IMG/VR virus record: IMGVR_UViG_3300022936_000007
Coordinates: 1-39,198 of that record
DNA length: 39,198 nt
Origin: a virus
Taxonomy: Duplodnaviria > Caudoviricetes
Reading direction: 5' to 3' (one strand)
Position numbers and translations under genes: made by a program
The notes under the pieces: generated by a model
The model's database searches: none
What the model was told of the DNA's origin: nothing
What the model saw: only the letters and a program-made list of their open reading frames with translations
Shown: in pieces, positions 27,715 to 36,686 of the stretch
Layout of the letters: each line of letters opens with the position of its first letter
Position numbering within the stretch: position 1 is the first letter of the stretch

Positions 27715-27812
27715 TAACAATAGCACCTTCCGATATCGCCGCAAGCCTCCCGGTAAGCACCTGTGGATATCTTTTCCACTTGCCGATATCGCGTGCAATT
27801 GCTATATTTAAG
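27715..27812. promoter_or_regulatory. Divergent promoter/operator region
   Basis: CCGATATCGC twice (27730, 27783); extended -10 TGCTATATT on + and TGCTATTGT on -; back-to-back TGTGGATA/TTTTCCAC boxes. Confidence 0.6.
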
Positions 27813-27817
27813 AGCAT

Positions 27818-27955
27818 ATGGAACCACTACTCGTACGATTCACTAAAGCACAGCGCGCGATTATCAGGAGGAAGGCTAAGCAACTGAAAGTGAGCGAGGC
27901 TTCTTTTGTTAGAGGATGTGTAGAGTTCTGGTACTCGAATACTGGGAACCGGTAG
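27818..27955 (+). CDS. Ribbon-helix-helix regulator (Cro-analogous position)
   Basis: 45 aa, not in ORF track: MEPLLVRFTKAQRAIIRRKAKQLKVSEASFVRGCVE... Confidence 0.65.
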   Translation: MEPLLVRFTKAQRAIIRRKAKQLKVSEASFVRGCVEFWYSNTGNR

Positions 27956-27956
27956 T

Positions 27957-28850
27957 ATGCCTGTACAGAAAGCCTCGAATCTAGGAAAGGTAGAAACGTT
28001 TGAGACGGGCTTGTTCCTCGACGAGCTGCTCGGTGGCGGGGCCATGCCGTACGGGTACATCGTCGAGTTCTTCGGAGAAAAGGATACGGGGAAGTCTACC
28101 GCCGCTCTTCAGGTCGTGGCTGCCGCGCAGAAGAACGGGGACGCGTGTCTCGTCGTAGATACGGAGTTCAAGTTCATGCCGCATTATGCGGAACAGCTTG
28201 GTATCGACGCAAGCAAGCTCGATGTGCTTAGGGAGCCGGTAGCAGAAAAGCTACTCGATGAACTAGAGGAGCATATCCAGTCCGGGAAGTATCGCGTCAT
28301 CGTCATGGACTCCATCGGTCAGCTTTCCTCTAGGATCGTCTACGAGAAGGCTGCGGGAGAAAAGCATATCGGTACGCAGTCCTCGCTCATCAAGGCGTTC
28401 CTCGAAAAGAACACGCACCACATCAACTATCGCGGAATTCTCTTTATCGGTATATCGCACGAACGCAAGACGATGGACTGGGGGAAGATATACAGCCTGG
28501 GCGGGAACAAGTGGCATGAGAAGAAGATGATAAGCGTACGCTTCAAGGACAACGGGGAAGTGCTCAAGCGAGGAGACACCGTCATGGGACGCACCATTAC
28601 GGCACGCGTGGAAAAGAACCATATGTGGGGCACGAAGGGTAAGGAGATGAAGCTGAACCTCATGAACAACACCGGGTTCGCCGTAGGTACAGACCTGGCG
28701 CAGATCGCGGAACAGAAGGGAGCAATCACCAAGGAAGGACAGTTCTACATTTTCGCAGGAGAAAGAATAGCTCGCGGGAAGGTCGCGCTCATAGAAGCAC
28801 TCAAGGATGAGTCTTTGCGGGAACGTATCAAGGCTGCGCTGGCGGTATGA
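27957..28850 (+). CDS. recA: RecA/UvsX-like recombinase
   Basis: LDELLGGGAMPYGYIVEFFGEKDTGKST (Walker A), VDTE, YAEQLGID, VIVMDSIG (Walker B), VEKN. Confidence 0.85.
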   Translation: MPVQKASNLGKVETFETGLFLDELLGGGAMPYGYIVEFFGEKDTGKSTAALQVVAAAQKNGDACLVVDTEFKFMPHYAEQLGIDASKLDVLREPVAEKLLDELEEHIQSGKYRVIVMDSIGQLSSRIVYEKAAGEKHIGTQSSLIKAFLEKNTHHINYRGILFIGISHERKTMDWGKIYSLGGNKWHEKKMISVRFKDNGEVLKRGDTVMGRTITARVEKNHMWGTKGKEMKLNLMNNTGFAVGTDLAQIAEQKGAITKEGQFYIFAGERIARGKVALIEALKDESLRERIKAALAV

Positions 28851-29176
28851 AAACAGAGGGGAAGATAAATAAATATCATCTCCTACGCGAACTCAAGGAA
28901 CGAGACGGACTTACGTGTGGAATATGTGGTCTATCGCTTCAGAAAGATTGGGAAGACCTACACCGATGGTTACTCGCTCCTAGAGACAAGACTGCCAAGC
29001 TTGCAGGGAAGGTTCTTCGTAGGACGGATTGCAACATAACCGTAGACCACAAGATACCGCGTGGAGTCCTAAGACGCAGGCCTGAATTCGTATACGAGAA
29101 AGGTTGGCAGTGGCGCGACAAAGACAATCTTCAGCTCGCACACGGGACTTGCAATAACGAAAAGGCAGACAAATGA
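28847..29176 (+). CDS. HNH endonuclease
   Basis: RDGLTCGICG...TVDHKIPR...NLQLAHGTCNNEK. Confidence 0.85.
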   Translation: MKTEGKINKYHLLRELKERDGLTCGICGLSLQKDWEDLHRWLLAPRDKTAKLAGKVLRRTDCNITVDHKIPRGVLRRRPEFVYEKGWQWRDKDNLQLAHGTCNNEKADK

Positions 29177-29322
29177 AAAAGACCCCCGACAACACCTGTC
29201 CTACCTGCGACCTGCCGTTCAGCTTCGTGAACTGTCCGGTGACTAAGGGAGGCATTAAGGAGTGCTTGAAATGCGCTATCCACAGGGAGAAGGAAGTGGT
29301 ACAGGCCGGTCGTAAGGTATAA
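29173..29322 (+). CDS. Small Zn-finger protein
   Basis: 49 aa, CPTC...CLKC; ATGA overlap with the HNH gene. Confidence 0.5.
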   Translation: MKKTPDNTCPTCDLPFSFVNCPVTKGGIKECLKCAIHREKEVVQAGRKV

Positions 29323-29410
29323 TCGTTAGGTGCGATTAACAGCCTTGCGCCCTGTACGTTGTAGCTACTCGCAAGGCGGCTACAACGTACAGGGGGCCTA
29401 GCAAAAAACT

Positions 29411-30181
29411 ATGGCTCAACGAAGAATGACGAGTTTGGAGGTGATAGATACGGACGCGTTCCTGGACATGCCCATGTCCTCGCAGCTCCTCTACTTCCAC
29501 TTAAATGCCCGTGCCGACGACGATGGATTCGTGGCAAACCCGAAGAAGATACTCCGTACACTCGGGGGTAGTTCCGACGACTACAAGGTGCTTATGGCAA
29601 AGAAGTTCCTCATAGAGTTTGAAGATGGAGTTTGCGTTATCAAGCACTGGAGGATCAATAACTTCGTGCGTAAGGATATCTACAAGGAGACAAAATACCT
29701 TGATTTGAAGCGGTCCCTATTCATCCGTGCGAATGGTGCATATACCCTTAATGACGATGGGCACGCGATAAAAGTACCAGACGGACACTACAAGCTAGAG
29801 GACGTCAACGCTACGTTAACGGAACGTCAACTCAGGATAGGTAAGGATAGGGAAGTAGAGATTGGCGCGCTCGAAGACGAGCCGCTGGTAGCAGTGAAGG
29901 TCTCTGAAGGAGAAGAGCGTGCTAAGAAGCCACCTAAGTACCCGAACGCAAAGAACATCTTCAGTATGTTCCCGAACCCCCAGAAGTCCTGGACGATAAA
30001 CACCACCGAACTCAAGCACGCGGAACTCTTGCACGCTCGTGGCGGTGTGGCTCTCTCGGGAATACTCGACTTCTGCCAGCAGCACGCCGAAGACGACTTC
30101 TTTCCTTCCTGGGAAAGTCCTACGGCTCTCGAACGTAACTGGACGAAGATACAAGCGTTCGCTAACCGAAACGGCCTATGA
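29411..30181 (+). CDS. Replication initiator / replisome organiser
   Basis: MAQRRM...DTDAFLDMPMSSQLLYFHL...ADDDGF...VIKHWRINN; upstream of the helicase. Confidence 0.85.
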   Translation: MAQRRMTSLEVIDTDAFLDMPMSSQLLYFHLNARADDDGFVANPKKILRTLGGSSDDYKVLMAKKFLIEFEDGVCVIKHWRINNFVRKDIYKETKYLDLKRSLFIRANGAYTLNDDGHAIKVPDGHYKLEDVNATLTERQLRIGKDREVEIGALEDEPLVAVKVSEGEERAKKPPKYPNAKNIFSMFPNPQKSWTINTTELKHAELLHARGGVALSGILDFCQQHAEDDFFPSWESPTALERNWTKIQAFANRNGL

Positions 30182-31026
30182 ACCCCGACGAACTCGACGC
30201 TCTCGAAGCACAGATGAAGAGTCAGGTAGAAGAAATGCTCGGTGTAGAGATTGTTCCCCTCTTCGATGCCGCCCAGGCCGAGGCACAGGATGTGAGCGAG
30301 CCTATCTCTACCGGCTTTCCTGACCTCGACCGTTGTATGAAGGGTGGTATGCGCGAGGGAGACGTGACGGTGATCGCGGCGGTTCCAGGCGAGGGAAAGA
30401 CCACCTTCGCCCGAGACCTAACGCTGAACTTCCACAAGCAGGGAATTCCTACCCTCTGGCTCTCCTACGAGATGACCAACACGGAGCTCTGGGAGGCGTT
30501 CAAGGAAATGGGCGCAAACCACGATCTGATGTCCTTCGTGCCGCAATCCCTGGACGGAGACTTCGAGTGGGTAATCAAGCACATGAAGAAAGCGATTGAG
30601 GAGAAGGGCGTACGCGCAATCTTCATAGACACGCTCGGAGACATCGAGAAGAAGCGCGAGAAGGGCGTGGTAGAGAACTACAGCCGCCTCATAGACCAGA
30701 TGTGCAAAGAGCTCCGCGCGTTCACTATCGAGAACCGCACCATGCTCTTTGAAATCGCGCACTGTACCAAGCAGACCCGCAGCAACACGAACGAGACGAA
30801 CAACGCTGACATCGCTGACTCTAAGGGAATCGCCGCGGCGGCAACGAACATCTGGCACATCCACCGCGATAAGGAGAGCGACACCGGATCATTCCTCAAG
30901 ATAGGCAAGAGTCGCCGGGACGGAACGAAGCACGGCTGGAAGTTCAAGATGAACCTCGTGAGCAGCCGTCTCGTCATGGAAGGGCGGCACGAAACTGTAG
31001 CCGGAGAAAGCGCATGGCGAAGCTAA
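30178..31026 (+). CDS. DnaB-like replicative helicase (ATPase domain only)
   Basis: ISTGFPDLD, AVPGEGKTT, LSYEM, IFIDTL, IGKSRRDG. Confidence 0.85.
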   Translation: MNPDELDALEAQMKSQVEEMLGVEIVPLFDAAQAEAQDVSEPISTGFPDLDRCMKGGMREGDVTVIAAVPGEGKTTFARDLTLNFHKQGIPTLWLSYEMTNTELWEAFKEMGANHDLMSFVPQSLDGDFEWVIKHMKKAIEEKGVRAIFIDTLGDIEKKREKGVVENYSRLIDQMCKELRAFTIENRTMLFEIAHCTKQTRSNTNETNNADIADSKGIAAAATNIWHIHRDKESDTGSFLKIGKSRRDGTKHGWKFKMNLVSSRLVMEGRHETVAGESAWRS

Positions 31027-31226
31027 CCTACCGCGAATACTTCCTCCGGGAAGCGAAGCGAGCACTCAAAGACAACCTCCCAAGAACTGCAAAACAACAC
31101 CTAAAGAACGCCGAAACCCTCAAAGACACACCCACCTTCGATGAAATCTGGGAACGAAAGCTCGCAGAAGGCCGCGCAAGAACTGGGGACAACGCCCCTA
31201 TTACCAACAAACCTATGGGAGAATAG
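31014..31226 (+). CDS. Hypothetical protein
   Basis: 70-aa ORF overlapping the helicase end. Confidence 0.5.
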   Translation: MAKLTYREYFLREAKRALKDNLPRTAKQHLKNAETLKDTPTFDEIWERKLAEGRARTGDNAPITNKPMGE

Positions 31227-31231
31227 ATTGT

Positions 31232-31465
31232 ATGACCAAGACACGAGCAGAACATGCAAGAGACTATCTTTCCGCGAAATTAGTAGATAGAGATACGAAC
31301 TTCGGTATGAACGAGGCATATCGTACCGCGATGGATGAGATGGTTGCATACATAGACTTGCCTCATGGATGCGATAAGTGCGGTCATCGAGCAGCCACCT
31401 CCGAAGAGGTGTGCACTGGCGACTGCCTAGAAGATACAGAAAGCTGGGAACCAGAAAGAATCTAA
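31232..31465 (+). CDS. Small Cys-rich protein
   Basis: CDKC...CTGDC. Confidence 0.5.
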   Translation: MTKTRAEHARDYLSAKLVDRDTNFGMNEAYRTAMDEMVAYIDLPHGCDKCGHRAATSEEVCTGDCLEDTESWEPERI

Positions 31466-31586
31466 TTATGACCGGAAAACGTATAGCATGTGCTTCATGC
31501 GGTAAGCGTAGACAATGTATTCATATCGGATGGCGGTTCCTGTGTAGGGTTTGCAGGAAGGATGTGGACTATAAGGAAGAAAATGT

Positions 31587-32135
31587 ATGAAGAAATACTC
31601 AATAATCTACGCTGACCCACCCTGGTCAATATCTAGTACTTCGCAGATACCGAGTGGGCGGCCTGGCTCAAGACCGTATCGCGCTATGAGGATGGTAGAT
31701 ATATTCTCTATGGATGTACGGAAAATATCCGAGGAAGATAGTGTCTTGTTCCTCTGGGCGACATCCCCATTGATTCCCGAGGCAATCCACTGCATGAAGG
31801 CTTGGGGCTTTGAGTATAAGTCCGTTGCCTTCACATGGGTAAAGAAGAACAAGTCTGGTAAGGGTCTGTTCTGGGGCATGGGGTGGTGGACACGCTCTAA
31901 TCCAGAGTTCTGTCTTCTCGGAGTCCGAGGAAATCCAAAGAGGATATCAGCATCCGTACATTCAGTCATTGAATCTCCGATAGAAGCACACTCAAAGAAA
32001 CCGAAGGAGGCCTATCTCTTGATTGAGAAGCTAATGGGTGACCTCCCGCGCGTAGAACTATTCGCACGAGAAAAAACGCCTGGATGGGACTCGTGGGGAA
32101 ACGAAGTAGAGAACAGTTTAGAAATAACAACATAA
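31587..32135 (+). CDS. MT-A70 family adenine methyltransferase
   Basis: IIYADPPW, LFLWAT, WGFEYK, GMGWWTR, HSKKP, RVELFAR, GWDSWGNE. Confidence 0.9.
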   Translation: MKKYSIIYADPPWSISSTSQIPSGRPGSRPYRAMRMVDIFSMDVRKISEEDSVLFLWATSPLIPEAIHCMKAWGFEYKSVAFTWVKKNKSGKGLFWGMGWWTRSNPEFCLLGVRGNPKRISASVHSVIESPIEAHSKKPKEAYLLIEKLMGDLPRVELFAREKTPGWDSWGNEVENSLEITT

Positions 32136-32138
32136 ACC

Positions 32139-32579
32139 ATGACACCCCAAACAACCCTCATAGAACAGACGAAGCAACTATTAAACGCTGTGCGCGGCAG
32201 TCTTATCAAGGTCGCGCAGAACCTGTACGAGATTAAGTCTTCCCTTCCCGGCGATGTGAACTTCGGAAAGTTCGTAGAGGAGGAGTTCGGAGTATCCCAG
32301 AGTTTCGCCAGCAAGCTCCTTACCGTGAACAAGGTCTACATCCTCGAAGGTGGGGTACAGCCGGAAGCCCTGGAAGGCATAGACTATGAACGACTTTATC
32401 TTGCGAAAGACCTCGACGGCTCTCCGGAAGAAAAGATAGCGAAGGCACGCGTACTCTCACGCCGGGAATTGCGGGAAGAAAAAGCAGACAACCCCGACCA
32501 CGTACACTCCCCAAAGACTATCGTTATCTGTGAATCGTGCGGCATGCGCCTCCATGAAGAAAACGGCCCTACAGCGTAA
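32139..32579 (+). CDS. Hypothetical DNA-binding protein
   Basis: FGKFVEEEFGVSQSFASKL (helical, HTH-like); C-terminal H..CxxC. Confidence 0.55.
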   Translation: MTPQTTLIEQTKQLLNAVRGSLIKVAQNLYEIKSSLPGDVNFGKFVEEEFGVSQSFASKLLTVNKVYILEGGVQPEALEGIDYERLYLAKDLDGSPEEKIAKARVLSRRELREEKADNPDHVHSPKTIVICESCGMRLHEENGPTA

Positions 32580-32626
32580 GCCCAGTACATTGGTACGGAA
32601 GCAACTGAAGAAGGCCTCTGTAGGGC

Positions 32627-32655
32627 TTGAATAGACCTATTCGGGGTACTATAAT
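32627..32655 (+). promoter_or_regulatory. Sigma70-like promoter, near-leaderless
   Basis: TTGAAT-17 nt-TATAAT, ATG 6 nt downstream. Confidence 0.6.
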
Positions 32656-32661
32656 AGTAGT

Positions 32662-33090
32662 ATGACTCACGAAACAACATGCGAAGTCTGTCTCGAAGAT
32701 TTCGTAGCAAAGCAGGCACATACAAAGTTCTGTTCACAAGAATGTAAGAAGAAAAGAGAAGGAGAAAAGTGGGGTCGATCGTCTGATAGAAGCATTAGTG
32801 CCGGAACCGTCGGTGCGATTGCCGAGATGGCGGTAGCTGTGGATTTGATGGAGAAAGGTTATGCCGTTTTCCGTGCACTTTCCCCAGCATGTCTGTGCGA
32901 CTTGATTGCCCTAAAGGATGGAGTTTCCCTGCGGGTCGAAGTTAGAACAGGGTATAAGGGGGAAAAAGAAAAAACCTCGTTCCCTCTCGCCCCTAGGGAT
33001 ATTGGGAGGCAGGACATATTTGGGATATATATCCGCGCCCGCAAGGAGGTCGAGTACTACAACCCTTCAAAGGAACCAGTCCAGGTATGA
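32662..33090 (+). CDS. Zn-finger + PD-(D/E)XK endonuclease
   Basis: CEVC...KFCSQEC; GAIAEMAVAVDL..KGY.VF...CDLIA...RVEVRT. Confidence 0.7.
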   Translation: MTHETTCEVCLEDFVAKQAHTKFCSQECKKKREGEKWGRSSDRSISAGTVGAIAEMAVAVDLMEKGYAVFRALSPACLCDLIALKDGVSLRVEVRTGYKGEKEKTSFPLAPRDIGRQDIFGIYIRARKEVEYYNPSKEPVQV

Positions 33091-33635
33091 GAAGAGTTCC
33101 TTTGAAGAGAACATCCTCACTCAAAACTGCCCCAGGAGAGGCGAAGAAGCGTAAGCCGCCCACGGTTATCAAAAGCCTCAGAAATAAGACCTGGGAGCTC
33201 TGTAAGGCCATCATCCGCGCCAAGTACGGAAACACCTGCTTTACCTGTGATAAGACACCCCTAGCAGGAAGCGGATGGCAGACAGGCCACTTCATTCCGA
33301 GGAGCATCTGCGGCCTCACGCTCAGGTACGAACTGAGGAACTTACGGCCTCAGTGTTACCGCTGCAACATAGACCTTTCAGGGAACGGTGCAGTCTTCTA
33401 CCGGAAGCTAGTAGAAATCGAGGGGCAGGAGTATGTGGACCGTTTATTCGCAGAGAAATCCATAATCCTGAAGGAAACTCCGGATTTCTACTTCGCCCTG
33501 ATCGCGGAATACAAGACCATTCTAGGAAACTTGTCCACACCCTCACCAGAAAACCCCCTAACACCCTGGTACAGTAAAGAGTATGACCGAACAGGAGATT
33601 CTAGAGCAGATAACCGAAGAAATTACGATTGTTAA
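33087..33635 (+). CDS. ninG: NinG/Rap-like recombination endonuclease
   Basis: CFTC...QTGHFIPR...LRYELRNLRPQCYRCN..LSGN. Confidence 0.8.
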   Translation: MRRVPLKRTSSLKTAPGEAKKRKPPTVIKSLRNKTWELCKAIIRAKYGNTCFTCDKTPLAGSGWQTGHFIPRSICGLTLRYELRNLRPQCYRCNIDLSGNGAVFYRKLVEIEGQEYVDRLFAEKSIILKETPDFYFALIAEYKTILGNLSTPSPENPLTPWYSKEYDRTGDSRADNRRNYDC

Positions 33636-33742
33636 TCGTGGCCACGACGGAATGGCCGAGCCCGTAGAGCTTACTTCGCGGAAATTTTCTCCTGAGAAAC
33701 TAGCAGCCTTCCTCTCCTCTCACTACAACTGAACTTTGCCGT

Positions 33743-34339
33743 ATGAAGTACCCGCAAGACCTGGTAGATAAGTTTTGGGAGAAAGTAACCGTATCTGACG
33801 GTTGTTGGGAATGGTCACGGGCTTTGAATAAGGCCGGGTATGGTATTGGGCATTTTCGCGGGATAAAAACGAACGTGGCTCACCGTATCTCCTACCTGAT
33901 TACGAAGGGAGATATACCCGAAGGTCTACAGATAGACCACTTGTGTATGAATCGTAAGTGCGTGAATCCAGGCCACCTAGAGGCTGTCACGCAGATGGAG
34001 AACATAAACCGCGCAGTATTCTCGAAGTACAAGGTAGGTACGCGCCAGACTCACTGTATAAACGGGCATGAGCGTACGGAAATCAACACCAAGCTCATAT
34101 TCCAGTCGTTTCGCTGCACTGACTGCATGTCGGAACAGTTCGTGAACTGGAAGGTACGAAACGGAATCCCGATAGATAACTTCGTTAGGCGCGGGCCGAA
34201 AACGACCAAGGAGCGGGGAATATGTGAGGCACCAGGATGCAGTACACAGCAGGCGATCAACCAGACAAGAGGCAATAAGGTCTACTATCGGAAGCTCTGC
34301 TATAGGCACTACGTAGAAAACTTAACCCCCATCAAATAA
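33743..34339 (+). CDS. HNH homing endonuclease
   Basis: FWEKV...CWEW...GYG...AHRISY...IDHLCMNRKCVNPGHLEAVT..EN; THCINGHE. Confidence 0.9.
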   Translation: MKYPQDLVDKFWEKVTVSDGCWEWSRALNKAGYGIGHFRGIKTNVAHRISYLITKGDIPEGLQIDHLCMNRKCVNPGHLEAVTQMENINRAVFSKYKVGTRQTHCINGHERTEINTKLIFQSFRCTDCMSEQFVNWKVRNGIPIDNFVRRGPKTTKERGICEAPGCSTQQAINQTRGNKVYYRKLCYRHYVENLTPIK

Positions 34340-34353
34340 ACCAACTCTCCCCT

Positions 34354-34626
34354 ATGAGACACATTCAATTCCAGACAGACTATACCTATTGCCCGAAAGG
34401 ACATGGAGATTGGGTATTCGTTCCCGCCAGCACCCTCTATCCTGATATTTTCTGGTGTGGGAAGTGCGATTTGTTCTATGAACCTTCTGTCCGCGCTCTT
34501 TCGCAGGAGAAACTCAACAAGGAGTTCAGCTCCGATCGCGCGGCAGAAATCATAAAACGCGCCACGTTCCTTGAATGGAAGAGCAAACTACAGCCGAGCG
34601 ACATGCCCCCACCAAGGAATAACTAA
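34354..34626 (+). CDS. Small Cys-containing protein
   Basis: CPKGH...CGKC. Confidence 0.5.
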   Translation: MRHIQFQTDYTYCPKGHGDWVFVPASTLYPDIFWCGKCDLFYEPSVRALSQEKLNKEFSSDRAAEIIKRATFLEWKSKLQPSDMPPPRNN

Positions 34627-34803
34627 TAAGAACTATGATCACTCTATTCGCTTGGCCCAAATTAGCCGGAACCCGAAGGAACTGGGAAAACTGGAGAGAA
34701 ATGTGGTTTCTGTCCCTTGCGGTATCTATACTGGCCGACACCTACTTCCTAATGAGCTTATTTCCAATAGTTATGTACTTCCTCTAGCCCACACACTAAA
34801 CAC

Positions 34804-35622
34804 ATGAATACTAAGAAAGATCATTGCTGCGCACACTGTGTCGGACGAGCTAACGGAATGTCGTTCTGTTCTTATGAGGTTGAAGGACTCTCTCCTTGCA
34901 TATGCCACTCCAAGAAAGAAGAGTGTGATTGTTTTGCGTGGGGAGGTATTAAAGCCTTTTATGCTGAAGGCGAATACGCCATACACACAGAATGCAATCG
35001 TAGGATTTCTGGTTTAAGACTAGATAAAGACCACCCGATGCGTAAAAACGCCATAAAGATAGAAAATTACTCAACAACAGACCCAATCCCGATGCCCGCT
35101 TACCCAGACGGCACAAAGACCTTCCCCGAGAAAGAGACCAGCACCAAAGAACAGGTAACAGACAGGTCACATTCAGGTACAGATGTTACTCGTGACACCC
35201 CTACAGATAGTTTCGAGGTCGGACCACCACCAATTCATAAGCACTATGACCCCGAGACCCAAAATGGAGAGGTGTGCGATAAGGTTTTCTGCCCGCATGG
35301 GTTTGTTGGCATAAAAAGAAAGGTTGTATTCGATGCTGACTCTGTGCCAGTACCAGATTTCCCTACAGATAGTTGGGAGGAGAGGTTCGATAAGAAGTTC
35401 ACGGACTACAAGTCGGGAATCATACATAGAGCGGCCGATGAGATAATGTATGCCGATACCGAAGACATAAAAGAGTTCATCGCCCAAGAAAGAAAGGAAG
35501 TGCGAGAACGGGTTATAAACGAGGTCCAGGACGTTATAGGTGAGTTTGGAGACCAGAGCATTGAGGTTGTAAGCGGTATTTTAGACGAAAGATTCCATGG
35601 AAAACGAGAAACAGAGTATTAA
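34804..35622 (+). CDS. Hypothetical mosaic Cys/His-rich protein
   Basis: 272-aa ORF; SWEERFDKKF module. Confidence 0.5.
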   Translation: MNTKKDHCCAHCVGRANGMSFCSYEVEGLSPCICHSKKEECDCFAWGGIKAFYAEGEYAIHTECNRRISGLRLDKDHPMRKNAIKIENYSTTDPIPMPAYPDGTKTFPEKETSTKEQVTDRSHSGTDVTRDTPTDSFEVGPPPIHKHYDPETQNGEVCDKVFCPHGFVGIKRKVVFDADSVPVPDFPTDSWEERFDKKFTDYKSGIIHRAADEIMYADTEDIKEFIAQERKEVRERVINEVQDVIGEFGDQSIEVVSGILDERFHGKRETEY

Positions 35623-36049
35623 CCTAGAGGACCGTCCTGGTAGGCGGAACACAGATATAAAGCACTATGATCGAGTTCATAGTTGGCTCAGGTACCATTA
35701 CAAGAAAACTGGAAAGTGTGAGTCCGAGACCTGTGAAGGAAAGAGTAAGAACACGCAATTTGCCCTGAAGATAGGACGGGATTATGAGAAGGATAGAAGT
35801 GCTTACATAGAACTGTGTGTAAGTTGCCACGTTAAGTACGACGATACTGAGAGCGCTAGGCTCAAGAAGGTGGCAAGCAGCAACTACTTAAAGCGCAATC
35901 ACTGTGCTCGTGGGCATGAATATACTACAGAAAACACCTATATGAGGAAGGGTAAGTACAGGATTTGTCGTTCATGCGAACGGACTTATGTGAGAAAAAC
36001 GCGGGCAAAGAAAGACTCCGCCCTCGAAGCAGCTCTAACTGATGAATAA
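35597..36049 (+). CDS. HNH-like endonuclease
   Basis: VHSWLRYHY...CE...YIELCVSCHVKYD; NHCARGHEYTTENTY...RICRSC. Confidence 0.7.
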   Translation: MENEKQSINLEDRPGRRNTDIKHYDRVHSWLRYHYKKTGKCESETCEGKSKNTQFALKIGRDYEKDRSAYIELCVSCHVKYDDTESARLKKVASSNYLKRNHCARGHEYTTENTYMRKGKYRICRSCERTYVRKTRAKKDSALEAALTDE

Positions 36050-36289
36050 TATGGAAACAAGAGAAATATACGTAGACGATAAGTTTGTTTGGCACTATGA
36101 CTCCCTCGAAGGAGAGGTAATTCCTAAGGAGATTGTTGAAAGAATCGTAAAAGGTTCTGTATCTCACACTGTCTCATGAATCTAAAACCGCCATGTCTAA
36201 AATGCGGAAACTCTAAATACGTAGGTCCTGCCTATGCTTCCCGCGATCGTAGAGGATTTCTCTGCGAAAAACACCGAGACACTCGATAA

Positions 36290-36685
36290 ATGCCAAAACT
36301 ATCCCTAGACTACATAAAAGACCTCTGCGAGCTAGCAAACTACCGTAACAGCCTCCCAGAAGCCTGGAAACCATACTTCGACTACTGGTCAGAAGAAGTG
36401 GCGGCTGGAAGAATAACGGTAGACAAAAGACCCGTAAACGGCGCAGTAGAAGAAACCTGGATACCTCCAGAAGTTATCCACCCCAACGCCATACAATTAG
36501 CCTTGCGCGCAATGTATAATGAAGGTCTAGTAATAAAAGCATCAATCATGATTGACGAAACAGAAGTCACCCCGGACGCGGAGGAGGCAACAGAAGGAGT
36601 CGAGGTAGCAGTACCAGCAGAAGACACAGAGGAGACTTTCCCGGCAGAGACCGAGGAAGCACCAGTAGAGGAGGAAGCTGCGTAA
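36290..36685 (+). CDS. Hypothetical protein; an internal start at 36548 may give a 45-aa acidic peptide
   Basis: Internal promoter-like TGTATAAT at 36513-36520 precedes MIDETEVT... Confidence 0.5.
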   Translation: MPKLSLDYIKDLCELANYRNSLPEAWKPYFDYWSEEVAAGRITVDKRPVNGAVEETWIPPEVIHPNAIQLALRAMYNEGLVIKASIMIDETEVTPDAEEATEGVEVAVPAEDTEETFPAETEEAPVEEEAA

Positions 36686-36686
36686 T

